Shown: in pieces, positions 1 through 8,945 of the stretch | How positions within the stretch are numbered: the first letter of the stretch is position 1 | Layout of the letters: each line of letters starts with the position of its first letter | DNA from: Promethearchaeota archaeon | Lineage (GTDB): Archaea; Asgardarchaeota; Lokiarchaeia; Sigyniarchaeales; SOKP01 | Length of the DNA: 34,350 nucleotides | Direction of reading: 5' to 3' | NCBI GenBank assembly: GCA_016839585.1 | Contig: JAEOTZ010000090.1 | Span: forward strand, 1 to 34,350 | Notes under the pieces: model-generated | The model's database searches: none | What the model was told of the DNA's origin: nothing | The model's input: only the letters and a program-made list of their open reading frames with translations | Translations under genes and position numbers: made by a program

Positions 1-1
1 C

Positions 2-445
2 AGCAGTTGATCCAGCAGTTTCAATTTTAACTGTAAATGTTTTAAACATTCTGTCAAAAACGCCATTTACTATGTTAATATTTTGAATTCGACTATAAGG
101 AATAGTTGCTCTCACTTGTGTAAAAACACCATGATTAATAACTATGTGATCTTCGGATATTTTGTAAGAGAATTTATGTACATAAGCAGTGTAATACCAA
201 ATTTGTATTACCATTATTAATATAAATGGAATTATAAATACAAATAAAATTACTAATAATATAACAAGATTTGTGAAATTTTCAGGATTAATTCCATCAT
301 CAGTAACTGCAACCCAAGAAATGAATGTTGCTAACGTTGTAACTGCACTAAGTATCAAAAGAAAGAGTATTCCCCCCTTTAATACCTCTTTATTTCTATA
401 ACTGCTCGAAATCGTCCCTTCGTATGAAAAATTTTCTTTATTCAT
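2..445 (-). CDS. Membrane protein with bacterial PH (bPH_2/YdbS-like) domain; runs off the left edge of the window
   Basis: Manual translation from ATG at 445: MNKENFSYEG..., two hydrophobic segments, then YKISEDHIVINHGVFTQVRATIPYSRIQNINIVNGVFDRMFKTFTVKIETAG, typical of bPH_2. A GGAGGA SD lies at 451-456 (minus). Not in the ORF track. Confidence 0.85.
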   Translation of the reverse strand, partial: MNKENFSYEGTISSSYRNKEVLKGGILFLLILSAVTTLATFISWVAVTDDGINPENFTNLVILLVILFVFIIPFILIMVIQIWYYTAYVHKFSYKISEDHIVINHGVFTQVRATIPYSRIQNINIVNGVFDRMFKTFTVKIETAGSTA

Positions 446-484
446 TTTTTTCCTCCTTTTTTTAAAAAATTTTAATTCATTCTA

Positions 485-565
485 TGTTAAATAAACTTAA
501 CATAAATATTTAAATGTTTTGATCTTTGAAAAATCTGAATTTAAAAGCGTTAATAAAACTTAACA
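485..565. promoter_or_regulatory. Pair of palindromic operator-like sites (T/C)GTTAA-N6-TTAACA
   Basis: TGTTAA-ATAAAC-TTAACA at 485-502 and CGTTAA-TAAAAC-TTAACA at 548-565, 63 bp apart, upstream of the minus-strand bPH_2 gene. Confidence 0.55.
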
Positions 566-638
566 TTTGATCTTTTTGAAAATTTTTTTTTATTTAACTA
601 AAATTAATCCAAATTTGTTTTATTGATCTAAAACCCTC

Positions 639-745
639 CTTATAGAGAGAATAAGAAGAAGAGTTGCAAAAAGCAATTTAAATGTTCGCTAAATTTTTTC
701 CCTTCGATAAAAACGACTCTTCTCAAATATTCTCTCGCTTATAAG
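639..745 (+). ncRNA. Putative structured RNA or long interrupted hairpin, family unknown
   Basis: Nested pairings: CTTATA(639-644)/TATAAG(740-745), GAGAGAATA(645-653)/TATTCTCTC(728-736), AGAAGAGTTG(657-666)/CGACTCTTCT(714-723, one U-G pair on the + strand). Confidence 0.4.
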
Positions 746-868
746 AGTTACTTAGTGAATGAGTATCTATATTTATTTTTTATAAAATCAAAATTAATAA
801 AAAATGGACTAATCAAAAAATATATACAAATATTAATAATAATCTCTATAAACTTTTAAAAAATTGAG

Positions 869-1444
869 TTGAGAATAGTGTCAGAGGGAAAATATAAACA
901 TCGTTATTATTATAAAGAAAAATACGAAGCGGCTATAGGGACATTTGCTGTAGCTATAGTATTTCTCTTTGTTGCGATCCTTTCTTTAGTTTTTATGGCA
1001 TTTAAAATTGATTTCATTGGACTTAGAAGTTGGGGATACTGGTTGTTTATTCCAGCATTTTTTATCTTTATTGGTGGCTTTAACCAACTTTATACTAACT
1101 ATAAATATAAACAGGTAGTTAAAAATGCTTTAATCCAAAGAAATTTTCAAGGAACTCATAAACTTGAACACATTGCACTAGAGATAGGAATGAGACCAAA
1201 AGATATGCTTAGAGTTTTATTAGATTTACGAAATCGTGGTGTAGTCCAATACAGTTTTAGTCCTGATACGGGAGAAATAATTTTAGGAAAGGGAATATCA
1301 TATACCCAATCAGAAGAATATACTCCCCCAGAAAAAAAATTAGAAGCTCCTATACAAACAGAAGGTAAGAACTACTGTGTTTATTGTGGTCATAAGTTAG
1401 AAACAAGAGCAAATTTTTGCCCAAATTGTGGTTCAAACCTATAA
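869..1444 (+). CDS. Membrane protein with 2 TM segments, a winged-helix-like domain and a C-terminal zinc ribbon
   Basis: Two hydrophobic helices; KLEHIALEIGMRPKDMLRVLLDLRNRGVVQYSF resembles a wHTH; C-terminal CVYCG...FCPNCG. The start could instead be GTG at 878. Confidence 0.75.
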   Translation: MRIVSEGKYKHRYYYKEKYEAAIGTFAVAIVFLFVAILSLVFMAFKIDFIGLRSWGYWLFIPAFFIFIGGFNQLYTNYKYKQVVKNALIQRNFQGTHKLEHIALEIGMRPKDMLRVLLDLRNRGVVQYSFSPDTGEIILGKGISYTQSEEYTPPEKKLEAPIQTEGKNYCVYCGHKLETRANFCPNCGSNL

Positions 1445-1543
1445 ATTTTTTTTTAATTATTCACTACGGAACTTAGTCCTATTGAATTTTATTATCATAT
1501 TTAAAAAGAGAAAAAAAAATTAAACTCTAAATTCTCATTGAAA

Positions 1544-2959
1544 TTAACTAGCTGAAAGTTTTAATTTTTTCTCTGAATGCATTTTCTTCGCATCTGCAGT
1601 TAATTGGTCATATTTTTCTTTATTGATCGGGAAATAACTCATAGCTATAATTCCAATTATTAGAAAAATTATTGGAAAAATTACCATGAGACTTCGTAAT
1701 CCAAACTCTACAGCATATTCTGCTGAGCTAAGATCGAAGATATTCCAGTCTGAGCCGATAAATACCAATCCTATTGATAAGAAGACTACCACATTAGAGA
1801 ATTTGACTACAAAACCATTTATTCCATAGAAATTCCCTTCTCTTCTAATTCCTGTATTTAATTCATCCTCATCTATAATTGCAGCAATCGTTATATCTCT
1901 AACAATTAGTACTCCTGCTAGTCCAATTCCTAATATGAAGAAAAAAATAAAACCTAATACTGCACCCGTAATGAACATGAGAGGTAGTAGGGTTATAATA
2001 AATATTATTAAAGATAAAATATAAGATCCTTTAGCACCAAGTTTATTTACAATTATTCTCCAGGGGAATACAAAGATAGCTGCTGATACAAAACCAACAC
2101 CAAGTATTAAAGATAGCGTACCGGCATCTGAAACGCCTAAACATACCGCTCCATAAATAGGCATGATCGTAGGTATCATATTGAACGCATACCATAGCCC
2201 AAAATTTCCAAAGACGTACAATTTGAAAGATTTATGTCCAAAAGTATATTTTAATGCTTGTTTAAATGTTGGAGCTTTTTCATAATCCTTCGAAAATTCA
2301 ACTCTTTCTTTTAATCCAAATTTAATAAATATAAAAGCTCCAATTGCACAGATAATTGATATAGCAATTGCAGCAAATATATACTGCATATAAGTATCAC
2401 GAATAGGAATATCTTCACTTGTGAAGCTCTCAATAATGAATCCTGGTAATAGGAAAGCAATCAATAATGAAAGAACTTGAAAAAACTGAATTGAATTATT
2501 TGCCTTAGCTCTTTGATCTAAATCTCGAAACATCTCTGGAAACAAACTCGTTTGATTTAATGAATACATTGTATAAAATAACTCCCAAATGATAATTATA
2601 ATTAAGAAGTAAGCAAAGGCTAATGGTTTAGGTTCTAAAGGTGCAGTAAATAAAAGAACATTTATAACAACTAGAGGTATGATACCTATAATGATGAATG
2701 GTTTTCTACGACCCATTTTAAGATGTGATCGATCAGAAATCGCTCCCAGCATCGGGTCATTAATAGCGTTCCAGATTGCCCATATTATGAAACCAAGAGC
2801 TATCCATAATGCGGGTAAGTCTATTATGGAAAAATAAAATGTGAAAATTAAGAAAGTAAAGAACTGTAGAAAGATAACATCAGTAAAACCAGCAAAACTG
2901 TACAACACCGCTTTTTTTAAAGTATATTCTTCTTCAGTGCCTTTCTTTTCTTCCGTCAT
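1544..2959 (-). CDS. MFS transporter, glycoside-pentoside-hexuronide (MelB/MFS_2) family
   Basis: About 12 TM segments; WNAINDPMLGAISDR...GRRKPF and IIDEDELNTGIRREGNFYG motifs typical of GPH symporters. Confidence 0.9.
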   Translation of the reverse strand: MTEEKKGTEEEYTLKKAVLYSFAGFTDVIFLQFFTFLIFTFYFSIIDLPALWIALGFIIWAIWNAINDPMLGAISDRSHLKMGRRKPFIIIGIIPLVVINVLLFTAPLEPKPLAFAYFLIIIIIWELFYTMYSLNQTSLFPEMFRDLDQRAKANNSIQFFQVLSLLIAFLLPGFIIESFTSEDIPIRDTYMQYIFAAIAISIICAIGAFIFIKFGLKERVEFSKDYEKAPTFKQALKYTFGHKSFKLYVFGNFGLWYAFNMIPTIMPIYGAVCLGVSDAGTLSLILGVGFVSAAIFVFPWRIIVNKLGAKGSYILSLIIFIITLLPLMFITGAVLGFIFFFILGIGLAGVLIVRDITIAAIIDEDELNTGIRREGNFYGINGFVVKFSNVVVFLSIGLVFIGSDWNIFDLSSAEYAVEFGLRSLMVIFPIIFLIIGIIAMSYFPINKEKYDQLTADAKKMHSEKKLKLSAS

Positions 2960-3351
2960 TTTAAATCCTTTTTTGTATTTTTTTTAAAATTACCGAATAT
3001 ATTTTAAAATTAATAATAAATTGTTTGTGATATTTATAAATAAATATTTTTTTCCTTATTCCCAATAAAATGATTATCTGAAGTTTTTTGTGCAATTTTT
3101 CCTTAAATGTGGAATAACTAATATTTCTAATAAATCCGCAGAGGCTTTTTTTTTAAATAGTTAGTAAATCTTACTAAAATCAAATTGAAATTTCCGCGGG
3201 TTGATACATAATTTCTAAAGGATTTGCTAGCAAAGAATTATCTAACCAAATCTTCGGAAATAACATAAGCTCTGAAGAATTAGATAGTTTAGATCAACCA
3301 AAATTTCAAAATCCTACTTTTAACCTAATCTCAGAACTGGTCTCGGAGTTA

Positions 3352-3684
3352 TTGAAGCAAAAGGATTCGAATGACAATTTTTATGCCATTTCGGATTTAA
3401 TTATCTCATCTTTGAATGCATACGAAAACAGATATCCAATAGAAGTCAATCATAATTTTAATGATACTATTCCCTCTAAGAATTACTCCCAAGAGAGTAA
3501 TATTTTAGAATGTAAACCTCATTATGCAAAAGATGAATATCTTATTATTTCAAATGATATTCATTCTATCTTATCTAATTGCTCTAATTTAACGAATAAT
3601 CAAAAATTAGAGTTTTGTAATAGTCAGAGATACTTTATGAAATTATTTTTAAAAGATATGCTGATGAAAATTAATGCAAAATAG
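3352..3684 (+). CDS. Hypothetical protein, start uncertain
   Basis: 110-aa ORF from a TTG; the frame is open further upstream to a TGA at 3202-3204; no recognisable motif. Confidence 0.4.
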   Translation: MKQKDSNDNFYAISDLIISSLNAYENRYPIEVNHNFNDTIPSKNYSQESNILECKPHYAKDEYLIISNDIHSILSNCSNLTNNQKLEFCNSQRYFMKLFLKDMLMKINAK

Positions 3685-3746
3685 CACAAGATGTAAATAA
3701 AATAAAAATTAATAAAAAAAAGGAAAAGAATTAGGAAAAAATTCAT

Positions 3747-4448
3747 TTAAGTTTTTAGACCTAAATAGAGCCATATGGCATAAGTCATCATGACAACTCT
3801 TATGAATCCAATACCCACACCTAATGGAAGTATTGAATCCAAAGCTCCTGTTAAGACAAAGATAATAAATGCAATAGCTAAGAATAGAAATTTTCTTCTT
3901 AAGTCACCCGTTGCTTGTTTAGCCTTTATTAAAAAGCCAATTCCTAAGAATACTAAAGTAGAAATTAAAAAAACAGCAACTAATAAAAATGTTGGATGCG
4001 TTCTGACAAAACTGGCATCTATTAAATCTTTACCAGGTTTATCAAGCGTAAATTCGAATGAATGATTTGTATGAAACCAAAGGAACATCTCAAAAATAAC
4101 ACCTAAAAAAAGGTAAATATATACTAGTATCCATTTTCCTTTAGGCCATATGAGTTCGCCCCCCAAAAACATTGAGACAAGTAAAGCTGGAGCAACCCAC
4201 GTATAACTTAAAATCGAATAAACCTGAATTGGATCTATATTTTTTCCTGTAGTAAGCACAGAAATGAAATCAGTGAAAGGTCCTAACCATAAAAGACCCG
4301 TAAAGACCATAGTAAGAGCAGCAACACCAAGGAGCTTAGCCTTTAATTTTATCGCTTTATATAAAGAAAACAGTCCGAATAGAGTTGCTGACAGAACAAT
4401 ACCAGCCGCAGTTATCCCATCCAACATTCCTTCTGGAGAAATAGCCAT
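3747..4448 (-). CDS. Multi-pass (about 7 TM) membrane protein of unknown function
   Basis: 233 aa with about 7 hydrophobic helices; resembles stand-alone 7TM sensor-like proteins frequent in Lokiarchaeia. Confidence 0.75.
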   Translation of the reverse strand: MAISPEGMLDGITAAGIVLSATLFGLFSLYKAIKLKAKLLGVAALTMVFTGLLWLGPFTDFISVLTTGKNIDPIQVYSILSYTWVAPALLVSMFLGGELIWPKGKWILVYIYLFLGVIFEMFLWFHTNHSFEFTLDKPGKDLIDASFVRTHPTFLLVAVFLISTLVFLGIGFLIKAKQATGDLRRKFLFLAIAFIIFVLTGALDSILPLGVGIGFIRVVMMTYAIWLYLGLKT

Positions 4449-4533
4449 TTTTAAATTGACACCATTTTTTATAAATTAATTAATTATTGATAGAAGTATT
4501 ATTTATATTTTTTGGCAAGTATGGAAAAAATAC

Positions 4534-5127
4534 TTAAAGTCTTAAGTAAAAATAGGTTGAAACTTCTTTATTTCCCTTCTTATGTTTAAGTTCATATTCA
4601 TGCTTTAAATATGAACTCAAACCCTCTAAAGGATATTTATGGGATATAACAACTGCACCCCTTTTTGCTGTAGAAAACACATGTTTTAAGTATTTCTGCA
4701 TTGTAGGGAAGGTATATATATAGATAAAATCAAATTTTTTTAGGTTTTTTTGATAAAAATCTCCTAATTCTAATTTAATGTTTTTTAATGTGCTTCTTTT
4801 ATGATTATGTTTTACTTGTAATGTCTTAATCCTTCTTTTCGTTTCATCTATTAAATTTGGATTGATTTCAATTCCAAAAGATTCTATATTATAATTTAAG
4901 GCAGAATATATAATGACAGTGCCATTACCAGCTCCTAAATCAATCAATTTTTGATTAGAGTTTCTTTTTAAGCTAAATCTATCCCTAAGGGTATGAAATA
5001 TTTCTTCTAATAGATCTGGTGGAGTCTCTAAGAAGGGCAATTCCAATTGAGAGGTAATATATGAAGAATCTTTCTTAGGCATAGTGGATGCACTAAATTT
5101 TTTTATACTTTTACCAATATCATTCAT
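4534..5127 (-). CDS. Class I SAM-dependent methyltransferase, aKMT/FAM173/DOT1-like (probable protein lysine methyltransferase)
   Basis: LPFLETP pre-motif, motif I LIDLGAGNG, post-I GIEIN, GDFYQKNL..FDFIYIY and VVISHKYPL match the FAM173/aKMT layout. Confidence 0.75.
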   Translation of the reverse strand: MNDIGKSIKKFSASTMPKKDSSYITSQLELPFLETPPDLLEEIFHTLRDRFSLKRNSNQKLIDLGAGNGTVIIYSALNYNIESFGIEINPNLIDETKRRIKTLQVKHNHKRSTLKNIKLELGDFYQKNLKKFDFIYIYTFPTMQKYLKHVFSTAKRGAVVISHKYPLEGLSSYLKHEYELKHKKGNKEVSTYFYLRL

Positions 5128-5335
5128 TGATTATTAAACACTCTTAAAATTAAAATTTAAGTACAATATTGATATATTTTGAAAGAAATGAATTATAACA
5201 ACTGAGATTTTTTAATTTCCTATTTTTCAAACTTTTAACCGTTACAAATGTTATTAGTATGAAATATTTAAAATAGACAGGTAGATACTTATCAAATATT
5301 TAAACACTGATTTTTAATATTTAGGAATTTTAGTA

Positions 5336-6331
5336 ATGGCTAATATTTTAGTTACTGGCGGTACTGGATTTATAGGTGTACATTTAGTTAAGCGATTGAA
5401 TAGTTTAGGGCATAATTTAAAACTTTTAATAAGAGAAAACAGCAATACAGAACCTTTTCAAGATCTTAAAAATATCGAATATATCATCGGTGATGTAAGA
5501 GATATTGAGAGCTTATATAATGCAGTAAATAGTACAGATTTAATTTATCATCTGGCAGCATATACCAGGATGTGGGCAAAAGATAAAAAGGTATTTGAGG
5601 ATGTCAACATTAGAGGAGCTGAAAATATCGCTAAATTAGCGTTAGAAAAAAATATTAGGCTCATTTATGTTAGTTCTTTTATTGCTATTGGAGCAACGCC
5701 AACTGAACCTGTTGATGAGACTTTTGAAAGTGAAGAAGGATTATTTCTAGATTATGCGAAAACTAAATTTCAAGCTAAGCAAATTATCAAGGAATACATT
5801 AAAAAGGGTCTCAATATAAACATATTTTATCCTGGTATTATTTATGGTCCTGGAGATTTCAATATTTTTGGACAAACGATACATGATATAGCAGCAAGAA
5901 AATTCTTAGGATGTCCTGGAAAAGGAGAAAATATTGGAAGTTTTGTATATGTAAATGATGTAATTGATGGATTAATAAGTGTTATTGATCGAAACAACAT
6001 AAAAGGCGAAGAATTCATTCTTGGGGGGGTTAATATAAAATTCAGAGATTGGATTGACTTAATTGCAGAATTAGCTGGAAATAAGAAAAAACCCCGACAT
6101 TTTCCAATGAGTTTAGCAAAAACTTATGCATGGGCATGTGAAGTGAGAACAAAATTAACCAAAAAGATGCCATATATCAATAGACCAACGGTTAAAATGA
6201 TCAATCATAACTGGGCATACTCCTCTAAAAAAGCTATTGAAAAATTAGGATATGAAATCACACCTATTAGAGAAGGTTTGATGAAAACTGTTGAGTGGTA
6301 TAAGAATTTTATTAATAATAATAAAAAATAG
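5336..6331 (+). CDS. NAD-dependent epimerase/dehydratase (extended SDR; 3-beta-HSD/HpnA/DFR-like)
   Basis: ILVTGGTGFIG Rossmann motif, IYHLAA, YVSS, catalytic YAKTK (YxxxK), YGPGD, FVYVNDV. Confidence 0.9.
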   Translation: MANILVTGGTGFIGVHLVKRLNSLGHNLKLLIRENSNTEPFQDLKNIEYIIGDVRDIESLYNAVNSTDLIYHLAAYTRMWAKDKKVFEDVNIRGAENIAKLALEKNIRLIYVSSFIAIGATPTEPVDETFESEEGLFLDYAKTKFQAKQIIKEYIKKGLNINIFYPGIIYGPGDFNIFGQTIHDIAARKFLGCPGKGENIGSFVYVNDVIDGLISVIDRNNIKGEEFILGGVNIKFRDWIDLIAELAGNKKKPRHFPMSLAKTYAWACEVRTKLTKKMPYINRPTVKMINHNWAYSSKKAIEKLGYEITPIREGLMKTVEWYKNFINNNKK

Positions 6332-6342
6332 GAATACGTAAA

Positions 6343-6813
6343 ATGACAGAAGAAGAATTAACAAGTCAAATTATAGATAAAAAAGCATATAAGACAGAAA
6401 TAGCAAGAAATTACACCAAATTTCTTTCAAAATATCCTGAGATTTTCTCGGATTTAATAAACGGTTCAAATTTTGATTTTGCGCTTTATGATTCAATTGA
6501 AACATATGATAAAGAATCTCCAGTTGATATTTTTAATGTGTATAGAAATGGAAATGGAATTGAAATAAAACCAGGAAGAGCAGTTGATTCAGATTTGGAA
6601 CTCGCACTCTCGTTGGATGCCGTTAAAAAATTAATCCAAACAAAAACGAAAGTAGATTATGCCCAACTTTTGGGATTATTTTATGATAATCCAGATGAAG
6701 AAAAAGGCTGGATTGATTTTGTATTGCATAAAAGAACACAAACTTTAATTAATATGGGCTATGGAAAATTTGCCCAGACTGCTGGTATCCTCAAAGATGA
6801 TGACGATATTTAG
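6343..6813 (+). CDS. Hypothetical protein, possible SCP2-like lipid-binding fold
   Basis: Co-oriented with an 11-bp gap; NGIEIKPGRAVDSDLELALSLDAVKKLI resembles the SCP2 strand-helix segment. Confidence 0.55.
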   Translation: MTEEELTSQIIDKKAYKTEIARNYTKFLSKYPEIFSDLINGSNFDFALYDSIETYDKESPVDIFNVYRNGNGIEIKPGRAVDSDLELALSLDAVKKLIQTKTKVDYAQLLGLFYDNPDEEKGWIDFVLHKRTQTLINMGYGKFAQTAGILKDDDDI

Positions 6814-6880
6814 AGTATTTAAAATTTTTTTTAAATAAATATTAGAAATAACTTTAAAATATATAAGGGTAATTAAATAT

Positions 6881-8374
6881 ATGGCAAAAGTTCAAGAATT
6901 GGAAATAAAAAATAAATACACTGGTGAACTTATAGGAACTATTCCTGCTGACACACCAGAAACAGTTAATGAAAAAATTAAGAAAGTACATAAAAATCAA
7001 CATTTATTAAAAGAAATGGATTTTTTTGAACGAGCTCAACTTCTTTCTAAATTTGCTACTAAATTGCGTTTTAAAAAATCCCAATTGAAGGATTTGGTAG
7101 TTGCTGAAGGTGGATTGCCAATCAAATATTCTGAATGGGAATTGAATATTGTAATGAATGGTTTCAAATTTTGTGATTGGTATTATCAATTCCTAGAAGA
7201 AAAACCTTTAACTAGCATTGAAGGAGAACAACTAGTTAGAATAAGATATATTCCTCATGGTTTGGCAGCATGTATCTCTCCTCGTAATACTCCTATAAGT
7301 CTACCTCTTTATCAATTGGGTGCGAATTATTTAGTTGGTAATGGAGCCATCGTTAAACCGTCTACAGCCTGTCCATTAACTATGTTAGAAGCTTATTCAA
7401 TAATGGAAGAAATGGATTTACCTGCTCTTGGAGCCTTAGATTTAGTTATAGCTCCTGGAGAATGGGCAGTAGATGAATTTCTTAAATCTCCACTGGTCAA
7501 GACTTTGATGACCATTACAGCCTCTCACACCGCAAAGGATATCTTGGTACGTTATGGTAGATTCCTGAAAAAAACTGTTGATAAATCAATGGGATTTCCT
7601 ATGTATACTCAGCCATTTAAACACTTTTTTTTCGAATGTGCTGGAAATGACGCAGGAATAGTCATGGATGACGTAAATTTAGAGCAAGTGGCTAAATGGA
7701 ATGTCACGGCTAGTTATACTAATTCTGGACAACAATGCTTCTCGATGAAGCGAATTATAGTCCATAAAGATATATACGACCAATATATAGAATGTCTTGT
7801 GAAAGAAATGGAAAACTTAAAGTACGGAGATCCTACTGATCCGGATACGGATATCGGTCCATTGGGAAGTAGGAGAATCCTGATGATGATGGAGGTGATG
7901 GTAGCTGATGCAAAGAAGTTTGGTGCTAAAATCTTCACGGGGGCTGAAAAGATCGACACCGGTGAAGATTATGGGTTATTTTACAAGCCTACTTTAGTAG
8001 AAATAAAACCCGAATTATGTGAGGATCTAACTAAAGCTCCATTCTTATGGAAAGAAGAGGCTTTTGGACCAGTTCGTTCTATTACTAAAGCTAACGATAT
8101 GAAAGATGCAATAAGGTTAGCAAATGCAAGTAATTATGGTATGAGGGCAGTTATTTATACATCTAACCTGAATAACATTGAGATTTTTAAGAACGAATTA
8201 GAAGCTGCGAATATTTATATAAATGCTAGACCCATGCTTGTTGATATTACGGTTTCACTTGGTGGAATTAAAGATTCTGCTTATCCAGCAGGTTGTAAAT
8301 ATTATCCCCAGGAGTTGGTTTATGGGAAATATATTTATGATGGTACTCCGTTGAATTTAGAGAAAATAAAATAA
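6881..8374 (+). CDS. Aldehyde dehydrogenase family protein with divergent motifs
   Basis: IVKPS, FECAGNDA (general-base Glu), NSGQQC (catalytic Cys), EEAFGPV, ANASNYGM, GGIKDS. Confidence 0.9.
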   Translation: MAKVQELEIKNKYTGELIGTIPADTPETVNEKIKKVHKNQHLLKEMDFFERAQLLSKFATKLRFKKSQLKDLVVAEGGLPIKYSEWELNIVMNGFKFCDWYYQFLEEKPLTSIEGEQLVRIRYIPHGLAACISPRNTPISLPLYQLGANYLVGNGAIVKPSTACPLTMLEAYSIMEEMDLPALGALDLVIAPGEWAVDEFLKSPLVKTLMTITASHTAKDILVRYGRFLKKTVDKSMGFPMYTQPFKHFFFECAGNDAGIVMDDVNLEQVAKWNVTASYTNSGQQCFSMKRIIVHKDIYDQYIECLVKEMENLKYGDPTDPDTDIGPLGSRRILMMMEVMVADAKKFGAKIFTGAEKIDTGEDYGLFYKPTLVEIKPELCEDLTKAPFLWKEEAFGPVRSITKANDMKDAIRLANASNYGMRAVIYTSNLNNIEIFKNELEAANIYINARPMLVDITVSLGGIKDSAYPAGCKYYPQELVYGKYIYDGTPLNLEKIK

Positions 8375-8386
8375 TTAGATTGCGCG

Positions 8387-8794
8387 ATGGATGCAGAAGG
8401 ATTATATAAGAAATTAAAAGCTTATTTTCCAAATAATTTGGATTTAATGAGACATTTACATGTAAACGCTTGTTGGGAATATTATATTACTGAAAATTCT
8501 ACTGATGACAAAGTTTTCAAGATTCATTACTTTTTGTATAAAAAAAAAGATAATAATTTAGAAATAACAAGAAATAAACTGGATATCAAACCGGATTTAA
8601 TTTTATATTTCACCGAAAAGGCAATTTTAGATTTAATTAAAGGGAATCCGAGTGCAGATGAATATTATTCTCGCTATCGTGAAGTAATGAATAATCCTAA
8701 ACCTGGGATTGAGGTTGATAATAAAGTAAATAAACCTCGGTTGAAGCTTTGGCAAATGGGATATAGAAAGTGGCAATCTGATTTTAAATTTTAA
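8387..8794 (+). CDS. Hypothetical protein, possible SCP2-like lipid-binding fold
   Basis: 12-bp gap after the ALDH; LEITRNKLDIKPDLILYFTEKAILDLIKGNPSADEYY; shares an MGYxKF/W C-terminal segment with 6343-6813. Confidence 0.55.
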   Translation: MDAEGLYKKLKAYFPNNLDLMRHLHVNACWEYYITENSTDDKVFKIHYFLYKKKDNNLEITRNKLDIKPDLILYFTEKAILDLIKGNPSADEYYSRYREVMNNPKPGIEVDNKVNKPRLKLWQMGYRKWQSDFKF

Positions 8795-8945
8795 ATAAGT
8801 TTAATAAGCGAATTAAGATAATCTTCTGGTTTCTCATAATAAATTTAATATTTTCCAGCAATATTCCCACTATTCTTTTACCAAATATTAAATCGTTTAT
8901 ATTAAATACTATCAAATTTTAATTTAATAAGACAAATGAAAATCA

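Noticed and set aside
639-745. Hairpin as SECIS, SRP RNA or RNase P RNA
   Set aside because: It is not in a 3' UTR and lacks the SRP helix-8 and RNase P conserved motifs; kept only as an unknown structure.
3178-3204. In-frame TGA as a selenocysteine codon
   Set aside because: Another stop (TAA 3175-3177) lies eight codons upstream with no start in between; no redox motif context or evident SECIS.
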